Source: Rhabdothermincola salaria (lineage in GTDB: Bacteria; Actinomycetota; Acidimicrobiia; Acidimicrobiales; Acidimicrobilacustridaceae). Taken from it: DNA of 64,000 bases. The notes below the pieces were generated by a model. The model was not told the origin of the DNA. It did no database searches and saw nothing but the letters and a program-made list of their open reading frames with translations. How positions within the stretch are numbered: the stretch's first letter is position 1; every line of letters begins with the position of its first letter. The stretch spans positions 868,001 through 932,000 of the forward strand of contig NZ_JAJQXW010000001.1 of assembly GCF_021246445.1 (NCBI RefSeq), written 5' to 3'. This document shows, in pieces, positions 50,376 through 59,504 of this stretch. Made by a program: the position numbers and the translations under genes.

Positions 50376-50671
50376 ACCTGCTGTTGACCGTCGCGTCGTT
50401 CGTGGTGGCCGGCCTCACCATCGTCGGGATCATCCGCGTCGCCATCGGACCCACCGTCTTCGACCGCATCCTGGCCGCGTCGTTCGCCGCGGTGAACAGC
50501 GTGATCATGCTCATGCTGATCGGCGTCCGCTACGGACGCCCCGAGCTCTTCGTGGACATCGGACTGGCCTACGCCCTGCTCGCCTTCCTGTTCCCCGTCG
50601 CCCTGGCCCGCTACCTCGACGCCACGTCGGCAGCCGACGAGTCAGGCGCGTCCGGAGAGGAGTCCGAATGA
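50372..50671 (+). CDS. mrpF: Mrp antiporter subunit F
   Basis: RVAIGPTVFDRILA..DIGLAYALL. Confidence 0.9.
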   Translation: MNLLLTVASFVVAGLTIVGIIRVAIGPTVFDRILAASFAAVNSVIMLMLIGVRYGRPELFVDIGLAYALLAFLFPVALARYLDATSAADESGASGEESE

Positions 50672-50976
50672 TCGACGCCATCGCCGGCGTCCTCCTGGTG
50701 TCTGGGGTCGCCTTCCTCGCCGTGAGCGCGCTCGGCCTCTGGCGCTTCCCCGACTTCTGGACCCGCGCCCACGCCCTGGCCAAGGCCGAGACCCTCGGCG
50801 TGGTCCTGGTGCTGGGTGGGCTCGTCGTCTTCGAACGGGCCGGGCCGGGAAGCCTGCAGCTGGTGCTGATCGCCGGCTTCTCCCTCCTGGTCAACCCGAC
50901 GGCGATCCACGCCCTCGCCCGATCGGCCGCCCGTCGCCGCGGGTCGAGCCTCGCACCCGAGGAGGACGGGGCATGA
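50668..50976 (+). CDS. mrpG: Mrp antiporter subunit G
   Basis: GLWRFPDFWTRAHA..KAETLG..P..HALARSA. Confidence 0.9.
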   Translation: MIDAIAGVLLVSGVAFLAVSALGLWRFPDFWTRAHALAKAETLGVVLVLGGLVVFERAGPGSLQLVLIAGFSLLVNPTAIHALARSAARRRGSSLAPEEDGA

Positions 50977-51503
50977 GCTGGGAGCTCGAAGCCGTGCTGC
51001 TGGTCCTGCTCGTGCTGACCGCGATCGGTGCGGTCCTCGTCCGCTCGATGGTCGCCACGGTGGCGGTGCTGGCCGCCTTCAGCCTCTTCGTCGCCCTCCT
51101 GTTCACGGCCATGGGGGCGCCCGACGTCGCCTTCGTGGAAGCCGTGCTCGGCTCCGCCTTCGTCGGCGTGCTGGTGTTGGTCGCGCTGCGCTCGACCGGC
51201 GACCGTCCGGCAGGGCGCGATCGTCGCGCAGCCGTCCTCGGCCTCCCCCTCGTCCTCGTGATCGGGGGGGCTCTCTTCTACGGCACGACCGACCTGCCCG
51301 CGCGAGGCGACACCGAGGCACCGGCCCACGCCGGCGCGTCACGCGCCTACGTCGAGCGAGCCCTCGACGACACGGAGACACCGAACGTGGTGACGGCCGT
51401 GCTCGCCGACTACCGCTCGCTCGACACCCTCGGGGAGACGCTCGTCATCTTCACCGCGGCGGTGGCCGCCCTGGTGATCCTGTTCCGGAGGTCCACGTCG
51501 TGA
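50973..51503 (+). CDS. Mrp subunit B, N-terminal part (DUF4040/MnhB1)
   Basis: APDVAFVEA..G, NVVTAVLADYRSLDTLGE. Confidence 0.88.
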   Translation: MSWELEAVLLVLLVLTAIGAVLVRSMVATVAVLAAFSLFVALLFTAMGAPDVAFVEAVLGSAFVGVLVLVALRSTGDRPAGRDRRAAVLGLPLVLVIGGALFYGTTDLPARGDTEAPAHAGASRAYVERALDDTETPNVVTAVLADYRSLDTLGETLVIFTAAVAALVILFRRSTS

Positions 51504-51937
51504 TCGGCCGTCATCCGAGCGAGAACGTGCGCGTCGTCGGCGCGCTCGTCCTCCCCTTCGTGTTCGTCTTCGGCACCTATGTCATCGCCCACGGCCACTA
51601 TGGCCCCGGCGGGGGCTTCGCCGGTGGGGTGGTCCTCGCCGTGGGTGTGGTCCTGGCTCGGGTGATCCTCGACCGCGACGTCGGCGATCGCCGCTTCCCC
51701 CCGGGACTCGGGATCGCGGCCATGGGTACGGGCATGCTGCTGTTCCTCGCCGTGGCCGTCCTGCCCGTCGTCACCGGTGCCGAGCTCCTCGACTACGCCG
51801 CGCTGCCCGGTGACGCCAGCGCCTCGCGACTGCGGTACCTCGGGATCCTCGTGGTCGAGGTCGCGGTCGGCGCGGTGGTGTTCGGCGGCATCCTCACCCT
51901 CTTCGATCAGCTCAGCCGAGCGGGGGACCGGCCGTGA
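51500..51937 (+). CDS. mrpB: Mrp antiporter subunit B (MnhB domain)
   Basis: HGHYGPGGGFAGG. Confidence 0.9.
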   Translation: MIGRHPSENVRVVGALVLPFVFVFGTYVIAHGHYGPGGGFAGGVVLAVGVVLARVILDRDVGDRRFPPGLGIAAMGTGMLLFLAVAVLPVVTGAELLDYAALPGDASASRLRYLGILVVEVAVGAVVFGGILTLFDQLSRAGDRP

Positions 51938-52443
51938 CCCTCGCTCTGCTCTCCGGACGAGCCGGCTACCTGGCCGTGGTGGCCCTCGTGGTCATCGGCC
52001 TGGCCACGATGGTGATCGAGCGGCACCTGCTCAAGAAGCTGGTGGGTCTCGTGATCTTCCAGACCGCCATCTTCTTGTTCTTCATCCAGGGCAGCATCCG
52101 CGACGGCGCGGACGTGCCGGTGATCGATCCCGAGGTCGGTGCGGACGCCACCCGCTACATGAACCCCCTGCCGCACCTGCTGATCCTGACCGCGCTGGTC
52201 GTGGGAGCGGCCGTCATCGGCGTGGCCCTGGCCCTGATGGTCGTCATCCAGCGCTCCTACGGGACCCTCGACGACCACGTCTTGTCCGGCCTCCGCACCC
52301 CGGAGCAGGGCGTCGATGCGGGCGGACAGCCGGCAGCCGTCGGCGAGACCGCCGAGGGCGGGCACAGCACGCCGACCACGGGTACCGCCCCCTCGGCAGC
52401 GGGGCAGGACCCGGCGTGCTCCGGCGACGGTGAGACACCATGA
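51934..52443 (+). CDS. mrpC: Mrp antiporter subunit C
   Basis: LKKLVGL, NPLPHLLILTALVV. Confidence 0.9.
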   Translation: MTLALLSGRAGYLAVVALVVIGLATMVIERHLLKKLVGLVIFQTAIFLFFIQGSIRDGADVPVIDPEVGADATRYMNPLPHLLILTALVVGAAVIGVALALMVVIQRSYGTLDDHVLSGLRTPEQGVDAGGQPAAVGETAEGGHSTPTTGTAPSAAGQDPACSGDGETP

Positions 52444-53915
52444 CCACCTCGGCCCTGCCCGCGCTGCTTCCGGCGATCACCTTCACGGCGGCAGTTGTCG
52501 CCACCCTGGCGGGCTGGTGGCGTCCCACCGTCGCCCGTGCTGTCGCCGTCGCCACCCTCGCGGTGGTGACCGTGCTCGCAGCCTGGGGGCTCTGGCACAA
52601 CATCGACCAGAGCGAGGCGCTCGTCCACGCCGTCGGGGGATGGGCTGCTCCCCTCGGCATCGAGTACATCCTCGACGGGCTCTCGGCCTTCGTCGCCCTC
52701 CTCGTGGGCACCATCGGACTCCTGGTGCTGCTGTATCCGACCAAGCTGGCCTTCGGAACCTCGGCCGAGCCCCGATTCCCGATCCACGGGCTGGTGCTGC
52801 TCCTCGTCGGTGGCCTCCTCGGGGTGACGCTGGCCGGCGACCTGTTCAACCTCTTCGTGGCCCTCGAGATCTACTCGCTGGCCTCCTACGCGCTCGTCGC
52901 CCTCGGCGGTCCCGCGGCTGCGGTGGCCAGCTTCCGCTACCTGCTCGTGGGCACCGTCGGTTCGAGCTTCTACCTGCTCGGGGTGGGCTTCTTGTACTTC
53001 CGCACCGGAACCCTGAGCATGGCCGGGGTGGGCGACGAGCTCGACCGCATCGGGGCCACGCCCTCGGTGGCGGTGGGCATCGCCATGATCGTGATCGGGC
53101 TCGGCATCAAGATGGCGGTGTTCCCTCTGCACGTCTGGCTGCCCGATGCCCACAGCCACGCCCCACCGGGCGTGGCCGCCCTCCTGGCCGCCGTCCAGGT
53201 CAAGGTGGCCGCCTACGCCTTGTTCCGCATCCTGTTCCTGGTGGTGCCCCTCGGCGTGATCGAGGACACCTCCCTTCTCACCGTCCTGACCTGGGCGTCT
53301 GCCGCCGGGGTGCTGGTCGGCTCCTGGATGGCCGTTCGCCAGGAGGGGATCAAGCGCATGCTGGCGCACTCCACCGTCGCCCAGATCGGCTACATCGGGC
53401 TCGGGATCGGCCTGGGTTCGCCACTCGCCCTGGTCGGCGCCCTGTTGCACATGGTGAACCACGCTGCCATGAAGGCGTGCATGTTCTTCGTCGCCGGGAG
53501 CGTCCAGCAACAAGCCGGCGCCAAGAAGGTGGGGGACCTCGCCGGCCTCGGACCCCGCATGCCCTGGACAGCGGCGGGCTTCACCATCGCCGCGCTGTCG
53601 ATGGTCGGGCTGCCGCCCACGGCCGGGTTCTTCTCCAAGTGGTACCTGGTGGCCGGCGCGGCCGAGACAGGAGCGTGGCTGGTGGCGGTCGTCATCGTCG
53701 CGTCGAGCGTCATCACGTTGATCTACATGCTCCGGGTCATCGAGACGATCTGGTTCCGACCCGCCCCCGAGCGCGACGTCGACGTCCACGAGGCACGCCC
53801 GTCGGTCGTGTTCCCGATCGCCGTCCTCGCCGTCGGCACCATCGTGCTGGGCCTGGTCAACCTGGTGATCGTGGAGAACGTGCTCGAGCCGGTCGTCGCC
53901 CTCACCGGCCGGTGA
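52440..53915 (+). CDS. mrpD: Mrp antiporter subunit D (copy 3)
   Basis: GGWAAPLGIE, DLFNLFVALEI, FPLHVWLPDAH, KRMLAHST. Confidence 0.9.
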   Translation: MTTSALPALLPAITFTAAVVATLAGWWRPTVARAVAVATLAVVTVLAAWGLWHNIDQSEALVHAVGGWAAPLGIEYILDGLSAFVALLVGTIGLLVLLYPTKLAFGTSAEPRFPIHGLVLLLVGGLLGVTLAGDLFNLFVALEIYSLASYALVALGGPAAAVASFRYLLVGTVGSSFYLLGVGFLYFRTGTLSMAGVGDELDRIGATPSVAVGIAMIVIGLGIKMAVFPLHVWLPDAHSHAPPGVAALLAAVQVKVAAYALFRILFLVVPLGVIEDTSLLTVLTWASAAGVLVGSWMAVRQEGIKRMLAHSTVAQIGYIGLGIGLGSPLALVGALLHMVNHAAMKACMFFVAGSVQQQAGAKKVGDLAGLGPRMPWTAAGFTIAALSMVGLPPTAGFFSKWYLVAGAAETGAWLVAVVIVASSVITLIYMLRVIETIWFRPAPERDVDVHEARPSVVFPIAVLAVGTIVLGLVNLVIVENVLEPVVALTGR

Positions 53916-53934
53916 CCGGCCCGGACCGGACCAC

Positions 53935-53956
53935 TGTCGCGAGCCAGGCGTAGCGT
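53935..53956 (+). promoter_or_regulatory. Leaderless promoter with a PafBC/RecA-NDp-like motif
   Basis: TGTCGC-N10-TAGCGT, 7 nt before ATG 53964. Confidence 0.4.
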
Positions 53957-53963
53957 TGCGGCC

Positions 53964-54671
53964 ATGACCCAGGAGCCGACCGTGCTGCCCATGTTCCCGC
54001 TGGGGTCGGTGCTGTTCCCGGGCATGGCGCTGCCGTTGCACGTCTTCGAACCCCGCTACCGGACCCTCGTCGACGACTGCCTCGCCGGGGAGCCCGAGTT
54101 CGGCGTGGTGCTCATCGAACGGGGGAGCGAGGTCGGCGGCGGTGACCTGCGCCGTGACGTCGGCACCGTCGCCCGCATCGTGGAGGCCGTGCGCTTCGAC
54201 GACGGCCGCTGGGGTCTGGGCTGCGTGGGCGTGCGCCGGGTCCGGGTGGATCACTGGTTGCCCGACGACCCCTATCCCCGTGCGGAGATCGCCGACTGGG
54301 AGGACGAGCAGGTCGGGCCGGCAGCCACCGACCTCCTCGTCGAGGTGACCGCCCGCCTCCGTCAGGTGCTGGCGGCCACCGCGGAGCTCGGCCTGCCCGC
54401 GGCGCCCGCCACCCTCGAGCTGGCCGACGACCCGGTCCTGGCCAGCTACCAGGCCAGCGCCCTGGCCCCCTTCGGCCCCGCCGACCACCACGACCTCCTC
54501 GCCGAACCGGGCCCCGAGGCCCGGCTGGCCCACCTCCGGCACCTGTTGGTCGAGGAGACCGAGTACCTGGAGCGTCGACTGGCCATGGCCTCCGAGGACC
54601 TCGGCCCCCCGGACGACGACGACCGCCCTCGGCCCGAACCCGGCGACGACCCGCCGGACGACGACACCTGA
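53964..54671 (+). CDS. LON peptidase substrate-binding domain protein
   Basis: LPMFPLGSVLFPG..LHVFEPRY..FGVV..VGT.ARI; no ATPase or protease domain. Confidence 0.88.
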   Translation: MTQEPTVLPMFPLGSVLFPGMALPLHVFEPRYRTLVDDCLAGEPEFGVVLIERGSEVGGGDLRRDVGTVARIVEAVRFDDGRWGLGCVGVRRVRVDHWLPDDPYPRAEIADWEDEQVGPAATDLLVEVTARLRQVLAATAELGLPAAPATLELADDPVLASYQASALAPFGPADHHDLLAEPGPEARLAHLRHLLVEETEYLERRLAMASEDLGPPDDDDRPRPEPGDDPPDDDT

Positions 54672-54770
54672 TCGCTCGTCGCTGGAGGACGTTGCGCCGG
54701 CATGGAGATCGGCTTTCGGCGGTGTGGGTAGGGTTGGCCGTTGACCGTCCCCGTCGACGAGGTGAGCTGC

Positions 54771-55115
54771 GTGGCCAACAAGACATCGGTGCCCGACACC
54801 CTGCAAGAGCTCAAGGACCTGCTCGTCTCGTACGCCAAGCAGGAGACGATCGATCCTCTGCGCAACGTGGGCCGGTTCCTCGGCTTCGGCCTCGGCGGCA
54901 TCATGTTGCTGTCGCTCGGCACGGTCCTGCTGGCCCTGGCGGCCCTGCGGGCGCTGCAGACCCAGACCGGCGACGTGTTCGCCGGCTTCTGGTCCTGGGC
55001 GCCGTACCTCATCGTGATGGTGGGCCTGCTCGCCGTCACCGGCGTCGTGGCCAGCCGCATCACCAAGGGCGGGCTCGGCACGCCCGTCGAACCCAGCTCA
55101 GGGAAGGCACGATGA
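54771..55115 (+). CDS. Small 2-TM membrane protein (DUF1469/holin-like family)
   Basis: ELKDLLVSYAKQETIDPL followed by two TM helices; start may be 54741. Confidence 0.7.
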   Translation: MANKTSVPDTLQELKDLLVSYAKQETIDPLRNVGRFLGFGLGGIMLLSLGTVLLALAALRALQTQTGDVFAGFWSWAPYLIVMVGLLAVTGVVASRITKGGLGTPVEPSSGKAR

Positions 55116-55333
55116 CCACGACCTCCACGCCGGGCGCGCCCATCACCCGCGACGACATCGAGGCCAAGTTCCGCGACATCCAGGGCGAGGTCGAGACCAT
55201 GGAGACCGAGGCGCGCGACTACCTCGGCATGGCCATCGCCGCGGTCGCCGTCACCGTGGTCGTCGTCGCGTTCGTGCTCGGCAACCGGCGGGGCAAGAAG
55301 CGGCGCACGGTCGTCGAGATCCGCAGGGTCTGA
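55112..55333 (+). CDS. Small tail-anchored membrane protein (DUF3618-like)
   Basis: ATGA overlap; helical N-terminus, one TM helix, basic tail. Confidence 0.7.
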   Translation: MTTTSTPGAPITRDDIEAKFRDIQGEVETMETEARDYLGMAIAAVAVTVVVVAFVLGNRRGKKRRTVVEIRRV

Positions 55334-55653
55334 TGCCGCTGCTCGACACCGCCCGACGGCTGGGGCTCACGCGTGGGGTGTTCGGCGACAGCCGCCCCTG
55401 GCTGGTCATCGGTGGCCTGGCCTGGGGCCTCCGCGCTCTGCAGTGGGCGCGCCGGCCCTCACCCGAGACGGTGATGCGCGAGGTGCTCGAACCGGGCGAG
55501 ACCATCGTCATCCGCCACGACGGTGCCCCGCCGACCCGCCGGCAGCGCCGCAAGGCCGCCAAGGCGGTCAAGAAGGCGTCCCGACGGGCGGAGCGCAGCG
55601 ACGCCGAGGCGACGGCGGCGACCCTCGACGCCGTCACCGGCCACGGGGGCTGA
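55333..55653 (+). CDS. Hypothetical membrane-associated protein
   Basis: TGATG coupling with the previous gene; short hydrophobic segment, basic C-terminus. Confidence 0.65.
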   Translation: MPLLDTARRLGLTRGVFGDSRPWLVIGGLAWGLRALQWARRPSPETVMREVLEPGETIVIRHDGAPPTRRQRRKAAKAVKKASRRAERSDAEATAATLDAVTGHGG

Positions 55654-55720
55654 CTCGCTCGTCTGCCCACCCGAGGGGGGCGGAGTTCGCTGTCGGCCCC
55701 CGGCCTGCGATCATGGGGAC

Positions 55721-55921
55721 GTGAAGGTGCTGTTGCGCAACCCCCGGCGGGAGATCGAGGTCCCGGGCCCGATCACCGTGATCAACCTGTTGGACCGCCT
55801 CGACCTCAACCGTGAGTCCGTGCTCGTCATCCGCGCCGGAGAGCTCGTGGCGGGCGACGCCACGTTGGCCGACGACGAGTCGGTCGAGGTCCGTCCCGTG
55901 ATCTCGGGAGGCTTCCGATGA
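55721..55921 (+). CDS. ttuB: ThiS/MoaD-family ubiquitin-like sulfur carrier (TtuB-like), ending GG-FR
   Basis: 66 aa beta-grasp pattern ending [16 protein letters not shown] overlap with ttuA. Confidence 0.8.
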   Translation: MKVLLRNPRREIEVPGPITVINLLDRLDLNRESVLVIRAGELVAGDATLADDESVEVRPVISGGFR

Positions 55922-56889
55922 AGTGCGTGACCTGTCGGGAACCGGCGATCATCGACATCCGCCGCCACAACGCCAACTTCTGCGCCGAGCACTTCCTCGA
56001 GCAGTGCCGTCGTCAGGTCGTCAAGGCCATCGACGAGTTCGAGATGATCGCGCCGGGGGAGCGGGCACTGGTCGCGGTGTCGGGCGGCAAGGACTCCCTC
56101 GCCGTCTGGGACCTGCTCACCGAGCTGGGCTACGACGCCGACGGCCTCTACCTGGGTCTCGGCATCGGCGAGTACAGCGACGTGTCGGGGCGCCATGCCC
56201 GCGACTTCGCCGCCGCCCGGGGGCTCAAGCTGCTCGAGGTCGACCTCCCCGAGCGCTTCGGCTACGACATCCCCACCGGGGCCCGCGCCGCCCGCCGGGC
56301 GCCGTGCTCGGCGTGCGGGCTCTCCAAGCGCCACCTCTTCGACGCCGTGGCCGTCGAGGAGGGCTACGACGTGCTCGTCACCGGCCACAACCTCGACGAC
56401 GAGGCCGCCGTGCTGTTCGGCAACACCCTGCACTGGCACACCGAGTACCTCGGCCGCCAGCTCCCCGTCCTGGCCGAACGCGACGGCTTCCCCCGCAAGG
56501 TCAAGCCGCTGGTTCGCCTCACCGAGCGCGAGATGGCCGCCTACTGCGTCGTGCGGGGCATCGACTACCTCGTCGACGAGTGCCCCATGGCCGCCGGCAA
56601 CCGTCACCTCACCTACAAGGAAGCCTTGAACGACATCGAGAAGGCCTCACCCGGGGCCAAGCACTCCTTCTACTTCGGGTTCCTCGCGCGGGCCGCCGAA
56701 CGCTTCGCCGACGAGGCCGAGACCGATCGTGAAGGTCTGCGCGCCTGTCCCACCTGCGGGGCTCCGACCACCGCCGAGACGTGTGCGTTCTGCCGCCTGG
56801 TCGAACGGGCCGGTGGGGCCCGGCCCGACCCCTCGACGGCCACCGCGGTGCCCGTCGAGCTGGGACCGACGCGGGCCGGCGCCCGGTGA
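55918..56889 (+). CDS. ttuA: tRNA 2-thiouridine synthase (TtuA/Ncs6 type)
   Basis: N-terminal CxxC..CxxH, PP-loop SGGKDS, CSAC, GHNLDDE, CP, C-terminal CxxC..CxxC zinc finger. Confidence 0.85.
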   Translation: MKCVTCREPAIIDIRRHNANFCAEHFLEQCRRQVVKAIDEFEMIAPGERALVAVSGGKDSLAVWDLLTELGYDADGLYLGLGIGEYSDVSGRHARDFAAARGLKLLEVDLPERFGYDIPTGARAARRAPCSACGLSKRHLFDAVAVEEGYDVLVTGHNLDDEAAVLFGNTLHWHTEYLGRQLPVLAERDGFPRKVKPLVRLTEREMAAYCVVRGIDYLVDECPMAAGNRHLTYKEALNDIEKASPGAKHSFYFGFLARAAERFADEAETDREGLRACPTCGAPTTAETCAFCRLVERAGGARPDPSTATAVPVELGPTRAGAR

Positions 56890-57659
56890 GCCGCCTGTTC
56901 GGCGCCGGAGACCGCGTCCTGCTCATCGATCACAAGAAGCGCCGCTACCTCGTCACGCTCAAGGCCGGAGGGGAGTTCCACTCCCACGCCGGCTTCGTGC
57001 CGCACGACGCGGTGATCGGGGTCGAGGAGGGATCGACGGTCCGCTCCACCCGCCACCTGCCCTACCTGGCGATCCGCCCCACGCTGTCGGACTTCGTGCT
57101 CAAGATGCCCCGTGGCGCCCAGGTCATCTATCCCAAGGACCTCGGACCGATCCTCATGTTGGCCGACCTCTTCCCGGGGGCCCGCGTGCTGGAGTCCGGC
57201 ATCGGGTCCGGTGCCCTGTCCATGGCCATGCTCCGGGCCGGCGCCGACATCGTCGGCTACGAGCTCCGGGAGGACTTCGCCGCCCGGGCCCAGGAGAACG
57301 TCGCCTCCTTCCTGGGCGACGAGGCCATGAGCCGGTACCGGGTGGAGCTGCGCGACTGCTACGACGGCATCGACGAGACCGACCTCGACCGGGTCGTCCT
57401 CGACCTGCCCGAACCCTGGCGCATCGTCCCCCACGCCGAGAAGGCGCTTCACTCCGGCGGCATCTTGTTGGCCTACACGCCGAGCATCGTGCAGGTGATG
57501 CAGCTCCGCGAGGCGCTCGAGGCCAGCGCCTTCGAGATGGCCGAGACCGTCGAGGTGCTCAACCGCACCTGGCACGTCGAAGGCCAGGCGGTGCGCCCGG
57601 ATCACCGGATGGTGGCCCACACGGGCTTCCTCACCCACGCCCGCCTCCTGCGCGGCTGA
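56886..57659 (+). CDS. trmI: tRNA (adenine58-N1)-methyltransferase
   Basis: MPRGAQVIYPKD, VLESGIGSGALS, LDLPEPW, RPDHRMVAHTGFL. Confidence 0.95.
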   Translation: MSRLFGAGDRVLLIDHKKRRYLVTLKAGGEFHSHAGFVPHDAVIGVEEGSTVRSTRHLPYLAIRPTLSDFVLKMPRGAQVIYPKDLGPILMLADLFPGARVLESGIGSGALSMAMLRAGADIVGYELREDFAARAQENVASFLGDEAMSRYRVELRDCYDGIDETDLDRVVLDLPEPWRIVPHAEKALHSGGILLAYTPSIVQVMQLREALEASAFEMAETVEVLNRTWHVEGQAVRPDHRMVAHTGFLTHARLLRG

Positions 57660-57687
57660 GCCCCTTCGTCGCGATCCGAGCCGAGCC

Positions 57688-58860
57688 GTGAACCTCCTCG
57701 ACGTGGCCCTGGTGGTCGTCGGCGTGGCCGTCGCGGTCGGCGGCTACCGGCTGGGCTTCATCACCCGGGTCGTGTCGTGGATCGGACTGGCGGTGGGGCT
57801 GATCCTCGCCGTCCGGCTCGCCCCGGCCCTGGTCTCCAGGATCGACCCCTCTCATGCCGGCATCGTGCTCGTGCTCACCGTGGGGCTGTTGTTGGTCGGG
57901 GCCTCCCTGGGCCAGGCGCTGGGCTTCCTCGTCGGGGGTCGGCTGCGTCCCCGACGACCCGACGGCGTCGTCGGCCGTCTCGACGGCGCCATGGGCGCCA
58001 TCGCCGGCGTCGTGGGCCTGGTCGCGCTGGTCTGGCTGATGCTTCCGGTGCTGGCGGTGTCGCCGCCGTGGATCTCCCGGCCGGTCACCACCTCGTGGGT
58101 CGCCCGTGCGGTCGACCAGAACCTCCCCGAGCCGCCCGACGCCATGGCCGCCTTGCGGAGCCTCGTGGGCGAGGACTCCTTCCCGGAGGTCTTCGAGGCG
58201 CTGCGGCCCACTCCCGATCTCGGCCCGCCGCCGGAGGCGACCGGACTCGACCAGGCCACCAGCGAGACCGTCGCCCGCTCGGTGTTGATGATCGAGGGCG
58301 TGGCCTGCGCCCGAGTCCAGGACGGCTCCGGTTGGGTGGCGGCACCCGAGACGGTGGTCACCAACGCCCACGTCGTGGCCGGACAGGCTCGCACCGAGGT
58401 CATCCGCGACGACGGTCGCCGCCTCGATGCACGTGTGATCGCCTTCGACCCCGACCGCGACCTCGCGGTGCTCGATGTCGACGGCCTCGACCGACCGGCG
58501 CTGACGGTCGTGGAGGCCGCCGCCGCGGCCGGGACCATCGGGGGCGTCTTCGGCCACCCCGGCGGCGAGCCGCTGCGCATCGCCCCGTTCGAGGTGGCCC
58601 GCCCCCTCGAGGCGACCGGGCGCGACATCTACGACGCCACCACCACCCGCCGCCAGGTCCTCGAGCTCTCCGCCGCCCTACGGCCCGGGGACTCCGGCTC
58701 GGCGCTCGTCGACCCCACCGGCCGGGTGGTCGGGGTGGCCTTCGCCATCGCTCGGGACCAGCCCGACGTCGCCTACGCCCTCGCCACCCCGGAGCTGGAA
58801 CCGGTGCTCGCCGACGCGGCCGTGGGCGCCACCGTCACCACCGGGGCCTGCCTGGGGTGA
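57688..58860 (+). CDS. marP: MarP-family membrane serine protease (CvpA plus trypsin-like)
   Basis: Four TM helices; catalytic TNAHVV, DLAVL, GDSGS; conserved Cys pair. Confidence 0.88.
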   Translation: MNLLDVALVVVGVAVAVGGYRLGFITRVVSWIGLAVGLILAVRLAPALVSRIDPSHAGIVLVLTVGLLLVGASLGQALGFLVGGRLRPRRPDGVVGRLDGAMGAIAGVVGLVALVWLMLPVLAVSPPWISRPVTTSWVARAVDQNLPEPPDAMAALRSLVGEDSFPEVFEALRPTPDLGPPPEATGLDQATSETVARSVLMIEGVACARVQDGSGWVAAPETVVTNAHVVAGQARTEVIRDDGRRLDARVIAFDPDRDLAVLDVDGLDRPALTVVEAAAAAGTIGGVFGHPGGEPLRIAPFEVARPLEATGRDIYDATTTRRQVLELSAALRPGDSGSALVDPTGRVVGVAFAIARDQPDVAYALATPELEPVLADAAVGATVTTGACLG

Positions 58861-58986
58861 CCGGTGGCCCGAGCGCCACGGCGACGGCGACGGCGACGGG
58901 ACCGGGCGCGACACGAGGGAGGCAGTGCCTCCCTCGTGGTCAGTACCGATGCAGCTGGTGTCGGGCGGGCGCCGGACGCCCGCCGC

Positions 58987-59223
58987 TCACTCGGCTTCGA
59001 TGAAGATGCACTCGCCGGGGCACTCCTCGGCGGACTCGATCACGGCGTCGAGCTGTCCGTCGGGGATGTTGGCCATGCCGGCCGCGCCGCCCGGGTCGGA
59101 GAACACCTTGTCGCCCTCCCTGACGTAGGCGAGGCCGTCGTCGAGCAGGGTGAACACGTCAGGGGCGATCTCTTCGCAGAGGCCGTCGCCGGTGCAGAGA
59201 TCCTGGTCGATCCAGACCTTCAT
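58987..59223 (-). CDS. Single-cluster ferredoxin
   Basis: CTGDGLC..CPGECI. Confidence 0.92.
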   Translation of the reverse strand: MKVWIDQDLCTGDGLCEEIAPDVFTLLDDGLAYVREGDKVFSDPGGAAGMANIPDGQLDAVIESAEECPGECIFIEAE

Positions 59224-59504
59224 TCGCCATGTACCTCTTCGTGAGGGAGTCGGGGTGGGGTGGCGTCCGCCGCAGAGGCGGGGGCCGTTCGACGGCCACT
59301 CTAGTGCACCTCCGGGGGATTTCCCCGGCATTGTCGGGAGAAATTCTGAGGGGCGAGCGCAGCTTACGGCCCGGTGAGCATTCCCGGCGGCCATGCGCCC
59401 GTGCAAGTCCGTGTCACCGCCGTGTGAACCGTGCCGCCGCTCCGCCGGTCTGGGCAGGGACCGGGATAGGGTCGACGACCACGCCGTGACCGAGGAGGTG
59501 GGCC

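Noticed and set aside
46417..53915. Possible complex I or membrane hydrogenase operon
   Set aside because: MrpE/F/G/B/C present and no Fe-S or NiFe subunits, so this is an Mrp antiporter
52257..54806. 849-aa minus-strand ORF
   Set aside because: Antisense shadow of mrpD and the LON-domain gene
54771..55653. Holin-like small membrane genes as a prophage remnant
   Set aside because: No endolysin, integrase or structural genes; such small membrane-gene trios are ordinary chromosomal genes in Actinobacteria
58878..58898. ACGGCG tandem repeat (about 3.5 copies)
   Set aside because: Too short and intergenic between convergent genes; expected in high-GC DNA
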